The notes below the pieces were generated by a model. It saw nothing but the letters and a program-made list of their open reading frames with translations. It was not told where the DNA came from and searched no databases. A program made the translations under genes and the position numbers. A stretch of 64,000 nucleotides of DNA. Origin: an uncultured Clostridia bacterium (lineage in GTDB: Bacteria; Bacillota; Clostridia; Oscillospirales; Oscillospiraceae). Below, one piece after another: positions 9,785 to 19,203 of the stretch; the stretch's first letter is position 1; each line of letters begins with the position of its first letter. Where the stretch lies: NCBI GenBank assembly GCA_945877515.1, contig CAMCSE010000001.1:615-64614 (forward strand). Direction: 5' to 3'.

Positions 9785-10735
9785 ATGAAACAAGTTATAT
9801 CTCTGCTGCTGGCGACTTGCTGCCTGCTGCTGGCCGCCTGCGGAAACAGCGTCTCTCCCTCTGCATCCCAGAATGTACCGGCGGAAACCTCCGTTACCTT
9901 CACGGATGACCTGAACCGGCAGGTGACGGTGGACCGTCCTCAACGGGTAGCCTGTCTCATCAGCAGCTTTTCCGATATCTGGTGTTTGGCCGGCGGCGCC
10001 GACACCATCGTTGCCGCCACCGACGCCACCTGGCGCTACTTTGATTTACCGCTGCGGGACGACGTGGTCAATCTGGGCAACACGAAAGAATTGGATGTGG
10101 AGCGTCTGCTGGCCTGTGAGCCCGATCTCATTCTGGCCAGCGGAGGAACCGACCGGAACGTGGCGCTGGAGGCCTCTTTTTCCGCCATGGGGCTGAACGC
10201 TGCCTACTTCTCTGTCGACACCTTTGAGGATTACCTGCGCATGCTCAAAATCTGTACGGAGATCACCGGGAAAACAGAGAACTACGACCTCTACGGCACA
10301 CAGGTGGCCCGGCAGGTGGAAGCCGCACTGGCGCGGCAGGATGGTTCCGCCCCCAGCGTTCTCTATATCCGGGCCACCGGCAGCAGCTGCAAGGTGAAAA
10401 ACAGCGAGGGCAGCGTTCTGGGGGAAATGCTCAAAGACCTGGGCTGCATCAACATTGCGGACCGAAACGGAAGCCTTCTGGAGCAGCTGAGCATCGAAGC
10501 CATCCTTCAGGCGGACCCGGACTATATTTTCGTGGTACTCCAAAGCGCAGACCCGGCCGATGCCCAGGCGATCCTGCAAACCACGCTGCTGGACAATCCC
10601 GCCTGGGCCTCTCTGACAGCGGTACAGGAAGGCCGCTATCATGTCATGGATCCGAATCTCTATAATCTCAAGCCAAACGCGCAATGGGGGAAAGCATATG
10701 AACAACTGGCAGACATCCTCTATCCGGCGGCCTAA
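9785..10735 (+). CDS. ABC transporter substrate-binding lipoprotein (BtuF/FepB class III; tetrapyrrole or iron chelate)
   Basis: Lipobox LAAC, FTDDLNRQV..PQRV, ERLLACEPDLI, SIEAILQADPD, WASLTAVQEGR; SD AAGGAG. Confidence 0.88.
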   Translation: MKQVISLLLATCCLLLAACGNSVSPSASQNVPAETSVTFTDDLNRQVTVDRPQRVACLISSFSDIWCLAGGADTIVAATDATWRYFDLPLRDDVVNLGNTKELDVERLLACEPDLILASGGTDRNVALEASFSAMGLNAAYFSVDTFEDYLRMLKICTEITGKTENYDLYGTQVARQVEAALARQDGSAPSVLYIRATGSSCKVKNSEGSVLGEMLKDLGCINIADRNGSLLEQLSIEAILQADPDYIFVVLQSADPADAQAILQTTLLDNPAWASLTAVQEGRYHVMDPNLYNLKPNAQWGKAYEQLADILYPAA

Positions 10736-11711
10736 ATGCCTTTTATGGGCTGCCCTGCTGCTCCTGACGATACTTGCCGCCGCAGGGAGCCTGTGGCTGG
10801 GTTCTGTGGCAATTTCTCCTGCGGAGGTGTTCTCCGCCCTTTTGGGTCAGGGAGGCAATTCCACCGCCGCAAAAATCGTGCTGTTCAGCCGGCTGCCCCG
10901 CACCCTTGCCGCACTGCTTTCCGGCGCGGCACTGGCGGTCTCCGGTGCCGTGATCCAGACCGTACTCAACAACCCACTGGCCTCTCCGGGCATCATCGGC
11001 GTCAACTCCGGCGCCGGCCTTGCCGTGGCGCTTCTGTGCGCCGCAGCCCCGGCGGCACAGCGGTTCAGCGCCGTCGCAGCATTCATCGGGGCCCTTTTGA
11101 GCGTTTTGCTGGTTTTGGGTCTTTCAGAGCGCACCGGCGCCTCGCGGATCACGCTGGTGCTGGCAGGAGTGGCCATCTCCAACCTGTTCAGCGCCGGCAT
11201 CGACACTGTGGTCACCTTTGTCCCGGACGCGCTCAGCGGCGTCAGCGACTTCCGGATCGGCGGTTTTCACGGCGTCACCATGGCGCGGCTCACCCTGCCG
11301 GCTGTGCTGATCGCCGTAAGCCTGCTGGCGGTATGTTCCCTCTCCCAGCAGCTTGATGTTCTGGCATTAGGCAGTGACACGGCCAGAAGTCTGGGTCTGC
11401 CGGTGGGATCGGTACGGTTTTTGCTGTTGGTACTGGCGGCGGCGCTGTCCGGCGCGGCGGTGAGCTTCTCCGGACTTCTGGGCTTTGTGGGGCTCATTGT
11501 TCCCCACGCCATGCGGCGTCTGGTGGGAGCGGACAGCTTTCCGCTGCTGGCGGCTTCCGCATTGGGCGGCGCCTGCTTTGTGACAATATGCGACCTTCTG
11601 GCCCGGGTGCTGTTTGCGCCTTTTGAACTGCCGGTAGGCGTTGTTCTTGCGTTCGCGGGAGTGCCCTTCTTCCTGTGGCTTCTCTTCCGCCAGAGAGGAG
11701 GCCGCACATGA
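10698..11711 (+). CDS. FecCD/BtuC-family ABC permease
   Basis: RLPR, QTVLNNPLASPGIIGVNSGA, GFVGLIVPH, ELPVG. Confidence 0.9.
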   Translation: MNNWQTSSIRRPKCLLWAALLLLTILAAAGSLWLGSVAISPAEVFSALLGQGGNSTAAKIVLFSRLPRTLAALLSGAALAVSGAVIQTVLNNPLASPGIIGVNSGAGLAVALLCAAAPAAQRFSAVAAFIGALLSVLLVLGLSERTGASRITLVLAGVAISNLFSAGIDTVVTFVPDALSGVSDFRIGGFHGVTMARLTLPAVLIAVSLLAVCSLSQQLDVLALGSDTARSLGLPVGSVRFLLLVLAAALSGAAVSFSGLLGFVGLIVPHAMRRLVGADSFPLLAASALGGACFVTICDLLARVLFAPFELPVGVVLAFAGVPFFLWLLFRQRGGRT

Positions 11712-12478
11712 TCCAGTTGCGATCCCTTACCGCCGGGTACAACGGGAAGTCCGTCGTAGAAAACGTAACGCTGGAATTCCGGCCGGGACAGGTTCTGGCG
11801 CTGCTGGGCCCCAACGGCAGCGGCAAATCCACGCTGCTGAAAGCGGCCCTTGGCCTGATCCCCGTCATGGGCGGGCAGGTGCTCTATGACGGTGCAGATA
11901 TGACCTCGCTCAGCCACCGGCAGATTGCCCAGAAGGCTGCCTTTCTCACCCAGAACCGGCCCCTGTCCTCCATTCTCGGACTGCGCATGGTCCTCCACGG
12001 TCGGTTCCCTTACCTGTCCTATCCCCGGCGATACAGCAAGACAGATTATGCTATTGCCCGACAAGCTATGGACGCCACCGGCACCCGTCCATATGAGAAT
12101 ACCAATATCAGCAAGCTGAGCGGCGGCCAGCGGCAGGGCATCTATCTGGCCATGGCGCTGGCGCAGAAAACGGAAACCATCCTGATGGATGAACCCACCA
12201 CATACTTGGACATCCGGCGGCAGCTGGAGTTTGTGCAGACAGCGCGGACGCTGGCCCGCGAGGGCAAGGCAGTGGTGCTGGTGCTCCACGATATCCCCAT
12301 GGCCCTGCGCAGCGCCGACCGGATCGCTGTTCTGCGCGGCGGGAAGCTGCTGTGCTGCGATACACCTGAAGCGGTATACGCCGGCGGCACACTGGACGAG
12401 GTCTTCGGCGTGTCTGTGCACCGGATGGATACCCCTCACGGCCCTCAATACTACTGCGTTGCGAAGGAGGCGTTTTGA
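11708..12478 (+). CDS. FecE/BtuD-family ABC ATP-binding protein
   Basis: GPNGSGKST, LSGGQRQ, LMDEPTTYLD, VLHD. Confidence 0.92.
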   Translation: MIQLRSLTAGYNGKSVVENVTLEFRPGQVLALLGPNGSGKSTLLKAALGLIPVMGGQVLYDGADMTSLSHRQIAQKAAFLTQNRPLSSILGLRMVLHGRFPYLSYPRRYSKTDYAIARQAMDATGTRPYENTNISKLSGGQRQGIYLAMALAQKTETILMDEPTTYLDIRRQLEFVQTARTLAREGKAVVLVLHDIPMALRSADRIAVLRGGKLLCCDTPEAVYAGGTLDEVFGVSVHRMDTPHGPQYYCVAKEAF

Positions 12479-12479
12479 G

Positions 12480-14552
12480 ATGCCCCATTTTCCCATGTTT
12501 GTCGATCTCAGCGGCCGCCCTGTGCTGATCGTAGGCGGCGGCAGTGTGGCGCTGCGAAAACTGCGCAAACTGGCGCCCTATGGTCCCAAATGCGTAGTGG
12601 TGGCGCCGGAGGTAGCCGAGGAAATACGGTCTATGGACGGCGTACAGGTATGCCGCCGGCCCTTTTCCCCCGATGATCTGGAACCACGGCCTGTGCTGGT
12701 CATCGCCGCCACGGATGACCCGGCAGTAAACCGGCAGGTCTCCTCACTTTGCCGGCAGCAGAATATTCCCGTGAATGTGGCGGACGATCTGGCCCTCTGC
12801 ACATTCCTGTTTCCGGCACTGGTACAGCAGGGCAGCTTTTCCGCCGGCATCTCCACCGGCGGCGCCAGTCCCGTAGCTGCCGCATATTTCAAAGAGCGGT
12901 TGGAGGATATTTTGCCGGAACGGTTGGAAGACCTTCTGGGTTGGCTGGAGCGCTTACGCCCCTTCCTGAAGGCCGCCATTCCCGACCAGACCCGCCGGGC
13001 AGGCGCCTTCCACCGGCTGTTTGACGCCTGTATGGAGAAGGGCGCGCCGCTGACAGAGGCGGAGACAGCCCGGTGCATCAACCATGAGCCTCCTCTTGGC
13101 AGCGTGACGCTGGTGGGTGCCGGATGCGGAAAAGCGGACCTCATCACGGTCCGGGGCTTGCGGATGCTGCAGCAGTGTCAGGCGGTCGTGTATGATGACC
13201 TCATCGACCCGGCCCTGTTGTCCGCCGCACCGGAGCGGGCCCTCAGGATATACATGGGGAAACGATCCGGTCATCACTCCGCTTCTCAAGAGGAGATCAA
13301 CCGCAAGCTCATTGCGCTGGCGCAGTCCGGCCTGCACGTGGTGCGCCTGAAGGGCGGCGACCCCTACCTGTTCGGCAGAGGCGGGGAGGAAATGCTGGCG
13401 CTACAGGCGGCGGGCATTCCCTATGCCGAAATTCCCGGGATCCCTTCCGCCATCGGCATTCCGGCAGAGGCGGGAATCCCTGTGACCCATCGGGGCGTCA
13501 GCCGGGGCGTGCACATCATCACCGCTCATGCCGCCGGCACCGCCGACGGGTTGCCGGAGGATTTTGACGCGATAGCCAAGCTGGACGATACGCTGATATT
13601 CCTCATGGGGCTGCGGCAGCTGTCCCGGATCGTCCAGCGGCTTCTGGCGGCGGGAAAAAGCCCGGATACGCCTGCGGCAGTACTCTCGGGCGGCAATTCT
13701 CCCCATCCGGTGGCGGTTCGCTCTGCACTGAAGGATATCGAAGCAGCCGCAGCAGCCGCCGGCGCCGTTTCGCCCGCCATCATTCTGGTGGGCAAGGCGG
13801 CTGCCATGGATCTCCATGCCAAGCCCCTGTCCGGCGTCTGTGTGGGCATCACCGGCACGGAGGAAATCGCCGGGAAGCAGCGTTTTCTGCTGGAGCAGTT
13901 GGGGGCAAAGGCCATGCGCTTGGCCGTCTCCCGTGTCCGGGATCTGCCCATGTCTCCCGTATGGGAAACCACACGTCCTCACTGGCTGGTCTTTACCAGC
14001 GGCAACGGCGTAAAGCGGTTCTTCCGCCAGCTTGCACAGCAGGGGAAACCGCTCGGCTCCTGCGCCAACCGGAGATTTGCCGTGATCGGCGCCGCTACCC
14101 AAAAGGTATTGGAAGGCTTCGGAATCCGGGCGAATCTCTGCCCGGAGACGTTCACCAGCGAGGCACTGGCGCTGGCTCTGGCAGAAAAGGCGCGGCCGGA
14201 GGAGGAAATCCTCCTGCTGCGCTCCGTCTCCGGCACCCCGGTGCTGCGGGAGCTTCTGGAGCAGCGGGGTTTTACCGTCAGAGATGTTGCCGCTTATGCT
14301 TTAGAGCCGGAGGACAAGGCCCCGCTCCCCGCCCATCTGGACTATCTGACCTTCTCCAGTGCCGGCGGTGTCGAACTGTTTTTTCACCAATACGGCAGTC
14401 TCCCCCAAGGCGTACAGTGCGTGTGCATCGGGGAGGTTACCGCCCGGGCGCTGGAGCAGCACACGTCGGCGTCTTACCTTCTGGCAGAGGAGACCTCCGC
14501 AGCCGGCATCATAAACACCATCTTGAACCAGCAGCGCAAAAAGGCGCAGTAA
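12480..14552 (+). CDS. cysG: Siroheme synthase fusion: precorrin-2 dehydrogenase/chelatase (CysG-N/SirC) + uroporphyrinogen-III methyltransferase (CobA) + uroporphyrinogen-III synthase (HemD)
   Basis: FPMFVDL..VLIVGGGSVA.RK and ISTGGASP; VGAGCG, VYDDL, VVRLKGGDPYLFGRGGEE; C-terminal LVFTSGNGV, VIGAAT, TFSS, CIGEVT. ATG after AAGGAGG. Confidence 0.88.
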   Translation: MPHFPMFVDLSGRPVLIVGGGSVALRKLRKLAPYGPKCVVVAPEVAEEIRSMDGVQVCRRPFSPDDLEPRPVLVIAATDDPAVNRQVSSLCRQQNIPVNVADDLALCTFLFPALVQQGSFSAGISTGGASPVAAAYFKERLEDILPERLEDLLGWLERLRPFLKAAIPDQTRRAGAFHRLFDACMEKGAPLTEAETARCINHEPPLGSVTLVGAGCGKADLITVRGLRMLQQCQAVVYDDLIDPALLSAAPERALRIYMGKRSGHHSASQEEINRKLIALAQSGLHVVRLKGGDPYLFGRGGEEMLALQAAGIPYAEIPGIPSAIGIPAEAGIPVTHRGVSRGVHIITAHAAGTADGLPEDFDAIAKLDDTLIFLMGLRQLSRIVQRLLAAGKSPDTPAAVLSGGNSPHPVAVRSALKDIEAAAAAAGAVSPAIILVGKAAAMDLHAKPLSGVCVGITGTEEIAGKQRFLLEQLGAKAMRLAVSRVRDLPMSPVWETTRPHWLVFTSGNGVKRFFRQLAQQGKPLGSCANRRFAVIGAATQKVLEGFGIRANLCPETFTSEALALALAEKARPEEEILLLRSVSGTPVLRELLEQRGFTVRDVAAYALEPEDKAPLPAHLDYLTFSSAGGVELFFHQYGSLPQGVQCVCIGEVTARALEQHTSASYLLAEETSAAGIINTILNQQRKKAQ

Positions 14553-14607
14553 TGTTCGGCGTCTCCCCAGCCGGATACACATGCCGGCTCACCTGAAAAA
14601 GGAACCT

Positions 14608-14641
14608 CCGGCAGGAATCTGTGATATCAGATTCCTGCCGG
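14608..14641. terminator. Hairpin between convergent operons
   Basis: CCGGCAGGAATCTG-TGATAT-CAGATTCCTGCCGG. Confidence 0.7.
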
Positions 14642-14691
14642 GGGATTTTGTGTCATTCAATACGGTACGTTACCGGAGCCCTCGCGACGGC

Positions 14692-16065
14692 TCAGCAGCT
14701 GGCACCGCCCACCACATTCAGGCCAAGGATCTCCGCTTTCCGCTTCAGCAGCTCGTCGCCCAGCAGCTGGGCTTCGGCATTTTTAAAGCCGATCCGCGCA
14801 ATGGTATCAGCGAAACGCTCGCCGGACTTGCCCTGATCACGGAACAGGAGAATGGCCTTCTCCACCACGTCCAACACCTCTGCCTTATCGATGAACAGCT
14901 TGCTCAGCATCTGGCCGTGAGCCACCCGTTTACCCCAGCGGCCGCCCACATACACCTTCCAGCCATAGGCGCCCTCGTCATTGCAGTGGAACGGGCACTT
15001 GCCAACGCAGCGGCCGCAATTGTTGCACAGAGTGGGATCGATGACCAGACGGCCATCTTCCAGCTTCGCCGCATGGACGGGGCAGGCGGTCTCGATCTGG
15101 CACTTTTTGCAGCCCTTGCACCGGGACTGGTCATAGCCCGGGACCCGGGCGCCCACGATGCCCAGATCGTTCAGATCCGGCTTGACGCAGTTATTGGGAC
15201 AGCCGCCCACCGCGATCTTGAACTTGTGGGGCAGAGAAACGTCCGCGTAACCCTTGAAGAACCGGTCATGGATCTCATTGCTCAGTGCGTAAGTGTCATA
15301 CAGGCCATACTGGCAGGTGGTTCCCTTGCAGGAAACCACCGGGCGTACCTTGCTGCCGGTGCCGCCGGTCTCCAAACCCGCTTTTCCCACATAGGCACGG
15401 AAAGCGTCGATGTCGTTGTAATCGATGCCGGAGATCTCCACGGTCAGGCGGGTGGTGAACATCATGTGGCCGTCGCCGTACCGCTTGGCCGCTTCGGCGA
15501 TCGTCTGACACTCCTCATTGGTGATACGGCCGTTACGGGTAATGATGCGGCCGTTGAATTTGTTGGTGCCCTTGTGGTGGAGGAATCCCATGGCCTTGAC
15601 ACGCTTGATGTCCTCGGGGCGCAGGGTGCAGCCTGCGCCGGTGGAACCGGCAGTCCGGTTGTCCAGCTTGTCAATAAATTCCTCCAGCGCCTCGGCGGTC
15701 AGCTCCACGGCGGTGCGGCAGCGGCTGGCTTCGGTCTTATACCGGGCAGCCAGAGTGGAGCAGTCCGTGGCGCCGCAGGCCAGTTTCAGCGAAAAGGCCT
15801 CCACAAACCCGGCGCACAGTTCCTTCAGATCCTCTCGCTGACTGTACTTCTTGCTCAGCACACCGATAGCGCCTGCCAGTCCGCCGCAAGTGCTCCCGCA
15901 GCCCATGCCGGTGCGGAACCCGGCAAAAAGGGCGGCATCCGCCTCAGTCAGTCCCAGGTCGTACACCTCATTGGCGGCCAGCAGGATGGCCTCAGCGCAC
16001 CCCTTGTCCAGAACAGCGTAGTAGTAGCCCGCTCTCTCTTTCAGCGACATAGCAAGATCCTCCAT
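14692..16065 (-). CDS. C-GCAxxG-C-C redox domain fused to siroheme-[4Fe-4S] sulfite/nitrite reductase-like (AsrC/Dsr-like) protein with ferredoxin insert
   Basis: N-term GCAEA..GMG.GSTCGGLAG..DC..RC; SCKGTTC (Cx5C) and GCPNNC (Cx3C); LPHKFKIAV; CKGCKKC..CP and CNNCGRC..CP. Confidence 0.82.
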   Translation of the reverse strand: MEDLAMSLKERAGYYYAVLDKGCAEAILLAANEVYDLGLTEADAALFAGFRTGMGCGSTCGGLAGAIGVLSKKYSQREDLKELCAGFVEAFSLKLACGATDCSTLAARYKTEASRCRTAVELTAEALEEFIDKLDNRTAGSTGAGCTLRPEDIKRVKAMGFLHHKGTNKFNGRIITRNGRITNEECQTIAEAAKRYGDGHMMFTTRLTVEISGIDYNDIDAFRAYVGKAGLETGGTGSKVRPVVSCKGTTCQYGLYDTYALSNEIHDRFFKGYADVSLPHKFKIAVGGCPNNCVKPDLNDLGIVGARVPGYDQSRCKGCKKCQIETACPVHAAKLEDGRLVIDPTLCNNCGRCVGKCPFHCNDEGAYGWKVYVGGRWGKRVAHGQMLSKLFIDKAEVLDVVEKAILLFRDQGKSGERFADTIARIGFKNAEAQLLGDELLKRKAEILGLNVVGGASC

Positions 16066-16069
16066 TTCG

Positions 16070-16858
16070 TTACCGGAAAATTTTGAACATATTGTATACG
16101 CTGATCCCCATGATCAGCACCATGGCGCCCTCCAAACAGAATGTTGCCTGCCGCTCATCGATCCTGCGATGGATCCGCCGTCCCACCTCACTGGCCGCCA
16201 CGGTCATCACGATCATGCCCGCCAAAAGGACAGGGTCGATCGGCGCGGCTCCTTTGGTGAACGCCGTTTGAAGCGTGCTTGCCAGCTGGCTGAACAGCAC
16301 GATCAGCAGGCTGTTTTGTGTCGCTCGTTTCGTGGGCATGGAGAAGAAATAGCACAGCACTGCCACATTGAACGGCCCGCCGCCAATCCCCAGGAAAGCC
16401 CCCAGAAGGCCGAGAAACAATCCGATCACAAAGGCTGCCATAGGTGAGCGCACATGCTTTGGAGGGAACCTGTCCTTTTTTATGGTATAGAGCAGCGTTG
16501 CAAAGGTCGCGAAAAACAGCAGACACGCCTGCACGCCGCCCGCCGTATTTTGATCGGCAAACTGCGCGGCAACCAAATGAAACAGCTGCTTTCCGGCCAA
16601 GCCTCCCAATGCTGCGCCCAACGCCAAAAACGGCGTACTGTGCAGATCCAGTGCGGATTCCTTTTTGAGCGCCGTTTTTCCCACGCTCCAGCAGGACATG
16701 GCGATCACCGTGCAGCCGGAGAGGAAATTGACCGCCGCAACCGGCATCACACCGGTGGCATCCAATACCGGCTTGATAATAATGCCGCCGCCCATGCCGC
16801 AGATCGTGCCAAGGATGCAGGCAGCGAAAGCCACTGCGCAGCAGACCAGGTATATCAT
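16070..16858 (-). CDS. TauE/SafE (TSUP) family sulfite exporter
   Basis: Duplicated GMGGG / GIGGGP motifs, ~8 TM segments. Confidence 0.88.
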   Translation of the reverse strand: MIYLVCCAVAFAACILGTICGMGGGIIIKPVLDATGVMPVAAVNFLSGCTVIAMSCWSVGKTALKKESALDLHSTPFLALGAALGGLAGKQLFHLVAAQFADQNTAGGVQACLLFFATFATLLYTIKKDRFPPKHVRSPMAAFVIGLFLGLLGAFLGIGGGPFNVAVLCYFFSMPTKRATQNSLLIVLFSQLASTLQTAFTKGAAPIDPVLLAGMIVMTVAASEVGRRIHRRIDERQATFCLEGAMVLIMGISVYNMFKIFR

Positions 16859-16943
16859 TTGTTCTCTTCTCCTTATTACAATCTGCCAGGACAAGGGAAC
16901 CGGAGGGCAGCTCCGCCTTCATTCCTGCTCGTTTTATGAGCTC

Positions 16944-16972
16944 AGTATAATCATGTTTGTATCATATGTCAA
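16944..16972 (-). promoter_or_regulatory. sigma-A promoter of tauE-sulfite reductase operon
   Basis: Minus strand TTGACA-17 bp-TATACT. Confidence 0.75.
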
Positions 16973-17202
16973 TTATATAAATATGGCAGTGCCGCACAAT
17001 CGAGCCAGCCTATGACAGCCGTAAATACCTGTTTTGAAATTTTGCCGCTGCTATAGATGCCAGTCGCCTTTCTAATAGTATCACTAACAAAAGATATAAC
17101 ATTCTATAGCTTTACTTTTCTTGTTAATTGTTCTACTATATAATCACAAAAGGAAAGCAAAGGAAAAACCCCTAACAAAATACAATTAAGGAGGAATCTA
17201 CC

Positions 17203-17451
17203 ATGAAAAACAACATCTACACTTACATCTCTCTCGCCGTGGTTTCCCTCATGCTGGTGGTGGCGTCCGCCTTTCTGATGACCGCCGCCGACGCGCCCAT
17301 CCGTGCAGCAGGCGGATACCTGCCCCTGATCTTCGGCGCCGTGTTCACCTGGGCTGCCGCCAAAGCGCTCCTGATGGAGCGCCGCCGCGAGCAGGACCGC
17401 AACAAGACCCACCGTGTTGATTTCAGCCGGAAGGCCCACAGCGCCGCGTAA
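17203..17451 (+). CDS. Small two-TM membrane protein, hypothetical
   Basis: Strong AAGGAGG SD, host-like codon usage, two hydrophobic helices, downstream terminator. Confidence 0.75.
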   Translation: MKNNIYTYISLAVVSLMLVVASAFLMTAADAPIRAAGGYLPLIFGAVFTWAAAKALLMERRREQDRNKTHRVDFSRKAHSAA

Positions 17452-17466
17452 GTCTTTCCGCACATC

Positions 17467-17502
17467 AAAATGGCAGGCAGCCGACGGCTGCCTGCCATTT
17501 TT
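17467..17502. terminator. Bidirectional terminator
   Basis: AAAATGGCAGGCAGCCG-A-CGGCTGCCTGCCATTTT. Confidence 0.85.
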
Positions 17503-18290
17503 CAGTTACCCGTGTGGGACAGGCTCTCCTGTTCTGTTGTATGGGCGCTGCAGCTTAGTTCCCGATACACTTTTCCAATTATGACCACCACAATCATAAA
17601 GGTGAGGATATCTGCCGCGGGGAACGAGAACAGAATCCCGTTCAGTCCCATAAAAATCGGCAGAATGATGGGCAGGGACACACCGAAGATGATCTCACGA
17701 GTCATCGAAATAATCGTGGAGAGAACGGCCCTGCCCAGTGCCTGCAAATAGATGAACGTACCCTTGTTGATCATGGCAAGCGGCATCATGCAAAGATAAA
17801 TCCGGAAGCTTTTGACGGCGAACTCCGTGTAATAGGTACTCTCGTTGTCGGCACCGAAAATCCCGATCAACTGATATGGTAAGAGTTCGACGATCAGCAA
17901 TGCGATGATACCGGTCGCGGCTTCGGCAGCCAGCAGATAGGTAAACAGCTGCTTGGCCCGGTCCTTCCGTTCTGCGCCGATGTTATACCCTGCAATGGGA
18001 ATGCAGCCGGCAGCAAAACCGATGGCGATTGAGATGGCGATTTGAAAGAACTTCATGACGATGCCGAGAACAGCAAGGGGGATCTGGGCATATTCCGCCT
18101 GACCGAAAATTTCGTCCATCGCGCCGTACTTTGTGCACATATTCTGCACGGCGGCCATGGAGATCACAAGTGAGATCTGCGCCAGAAAGCTGGTCACGCC
18201 CAGGGAAAGGAATTTCTTCATCAGGCTGCCGAAAAAGCCGAAACTGCTCCTGCCCAGCGTGACGGACTTCATCCGGCAAATGTAGCGCAT
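17502..18290 (-). pseudogene. MATE efflux transporter, C-terminal half only (5'-truncated)
   Basis: LGVTSF..Q, GCIPIAGYNIGA, YLQALGRA motifs match the second half of a ~450-aa MATE; no SD, abuts a foreign fragment at ~18285. Confidence 0.7.
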
Positions 18291-18743
18291 CCTTTAGATG
18301 TAGATCAAGTTCGCATCCGAGATACAATTCTTACCCACAAACGAATCCCATCCGTTATAGACGTGTTGTTTATAAACAAGAGTTGTGAAACAAGCATCAC
18401 AATAGGTGATGTAGACGACCCAACCAGCCATATTGATTTCATGATTATTCATAGTTCCGACCCAGATACGCAGATACAAGTCAGGGGAAGGTATAGGAAC
18501 GATTTGGATCAGTTGTATCTCTATGACTCCAGCGCAGAAGATGAAATCATGATTCCAGCGCATTGGTTAGGCAAGAAATTGCGTAAGAGCGACATCAATG
18601 AGCTTATAAGTGAATTGGAAATACGAGATGCAAAGCGGTCTCTTGTAAAAACTCCAACATTTCTTCAAATGGTTAAAAAAAGTGGGTATACCGTTACTTC
18701 AAAGGTCGTACAAGGCACGCGCTACAGAGTGATTTCGGAATAA
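18288..18743 (+). pseudogene. C-terminal fragment of a putative SF2 helicase-like/replication protein
   Basis: Frame stays open upstream of GTG 18363 (HPLDVDQVRIRDTILTHKRIP); LFINKSCETSITI and QIQVRGRYR resemble SF2 motifs V and VI; no Walker A, no SD. Confidence 0.45.
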
Positions 18744-18745
18744 AT

Positions 18746-19061
18746 GGTGCAGAAATGGGGGCAATCTATATTTATAATATGCCCTTGAAAATGCACCTCA
18801 ACATATAGGAAAGCATCCATGCAAATTAAAAAGTGATTTCTTCCGAACGGATATTGTACGCAACAGCGTACCATATCTGTGAGGAACGGACGAGTAATTT
18901 CTTTTCATTCTTGCGTTCGCAATGCGAAGCGCGAGAATTAACAAGGAATTACGCAGTCCGAGCGTTAGCCCCCAATGAGATGGGGGCGTACAAGACGGGG
19001 TTAGACAGGGCAAGGTATCATATTGAGTAACAAGCCACGGGGACGTTATATCCTCGTGGCT
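18746..19061. other. Array of five hairpins (possible single-strand origin/oriV or structured RNA)
   Basis: Inverted repeats at 18746-18797, 18847-18880, 18888-18959, 18968-18987, 19033-19061. Confidence 0.5.
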
Positions 19062-19203
19062 ATTATTGATCAATTCGACAGAACCTGCTCAGGTGCCGTC
19101 AAGAGTTATGCGCAAATTCGCAAAAGTATGGGATACCAAGTATGGTAGCAGCGAGGGCCAGATTGTCAAGAAGGTTGTCTATATTGTCGCTCTATCCCGT
19201 ATT

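Noticed and set aside
9282-9909. ORFs in the lepA-ABC intergenic region
   Set aside because: They run across a terminator and promoter, lack SD sites and have atypical composition.
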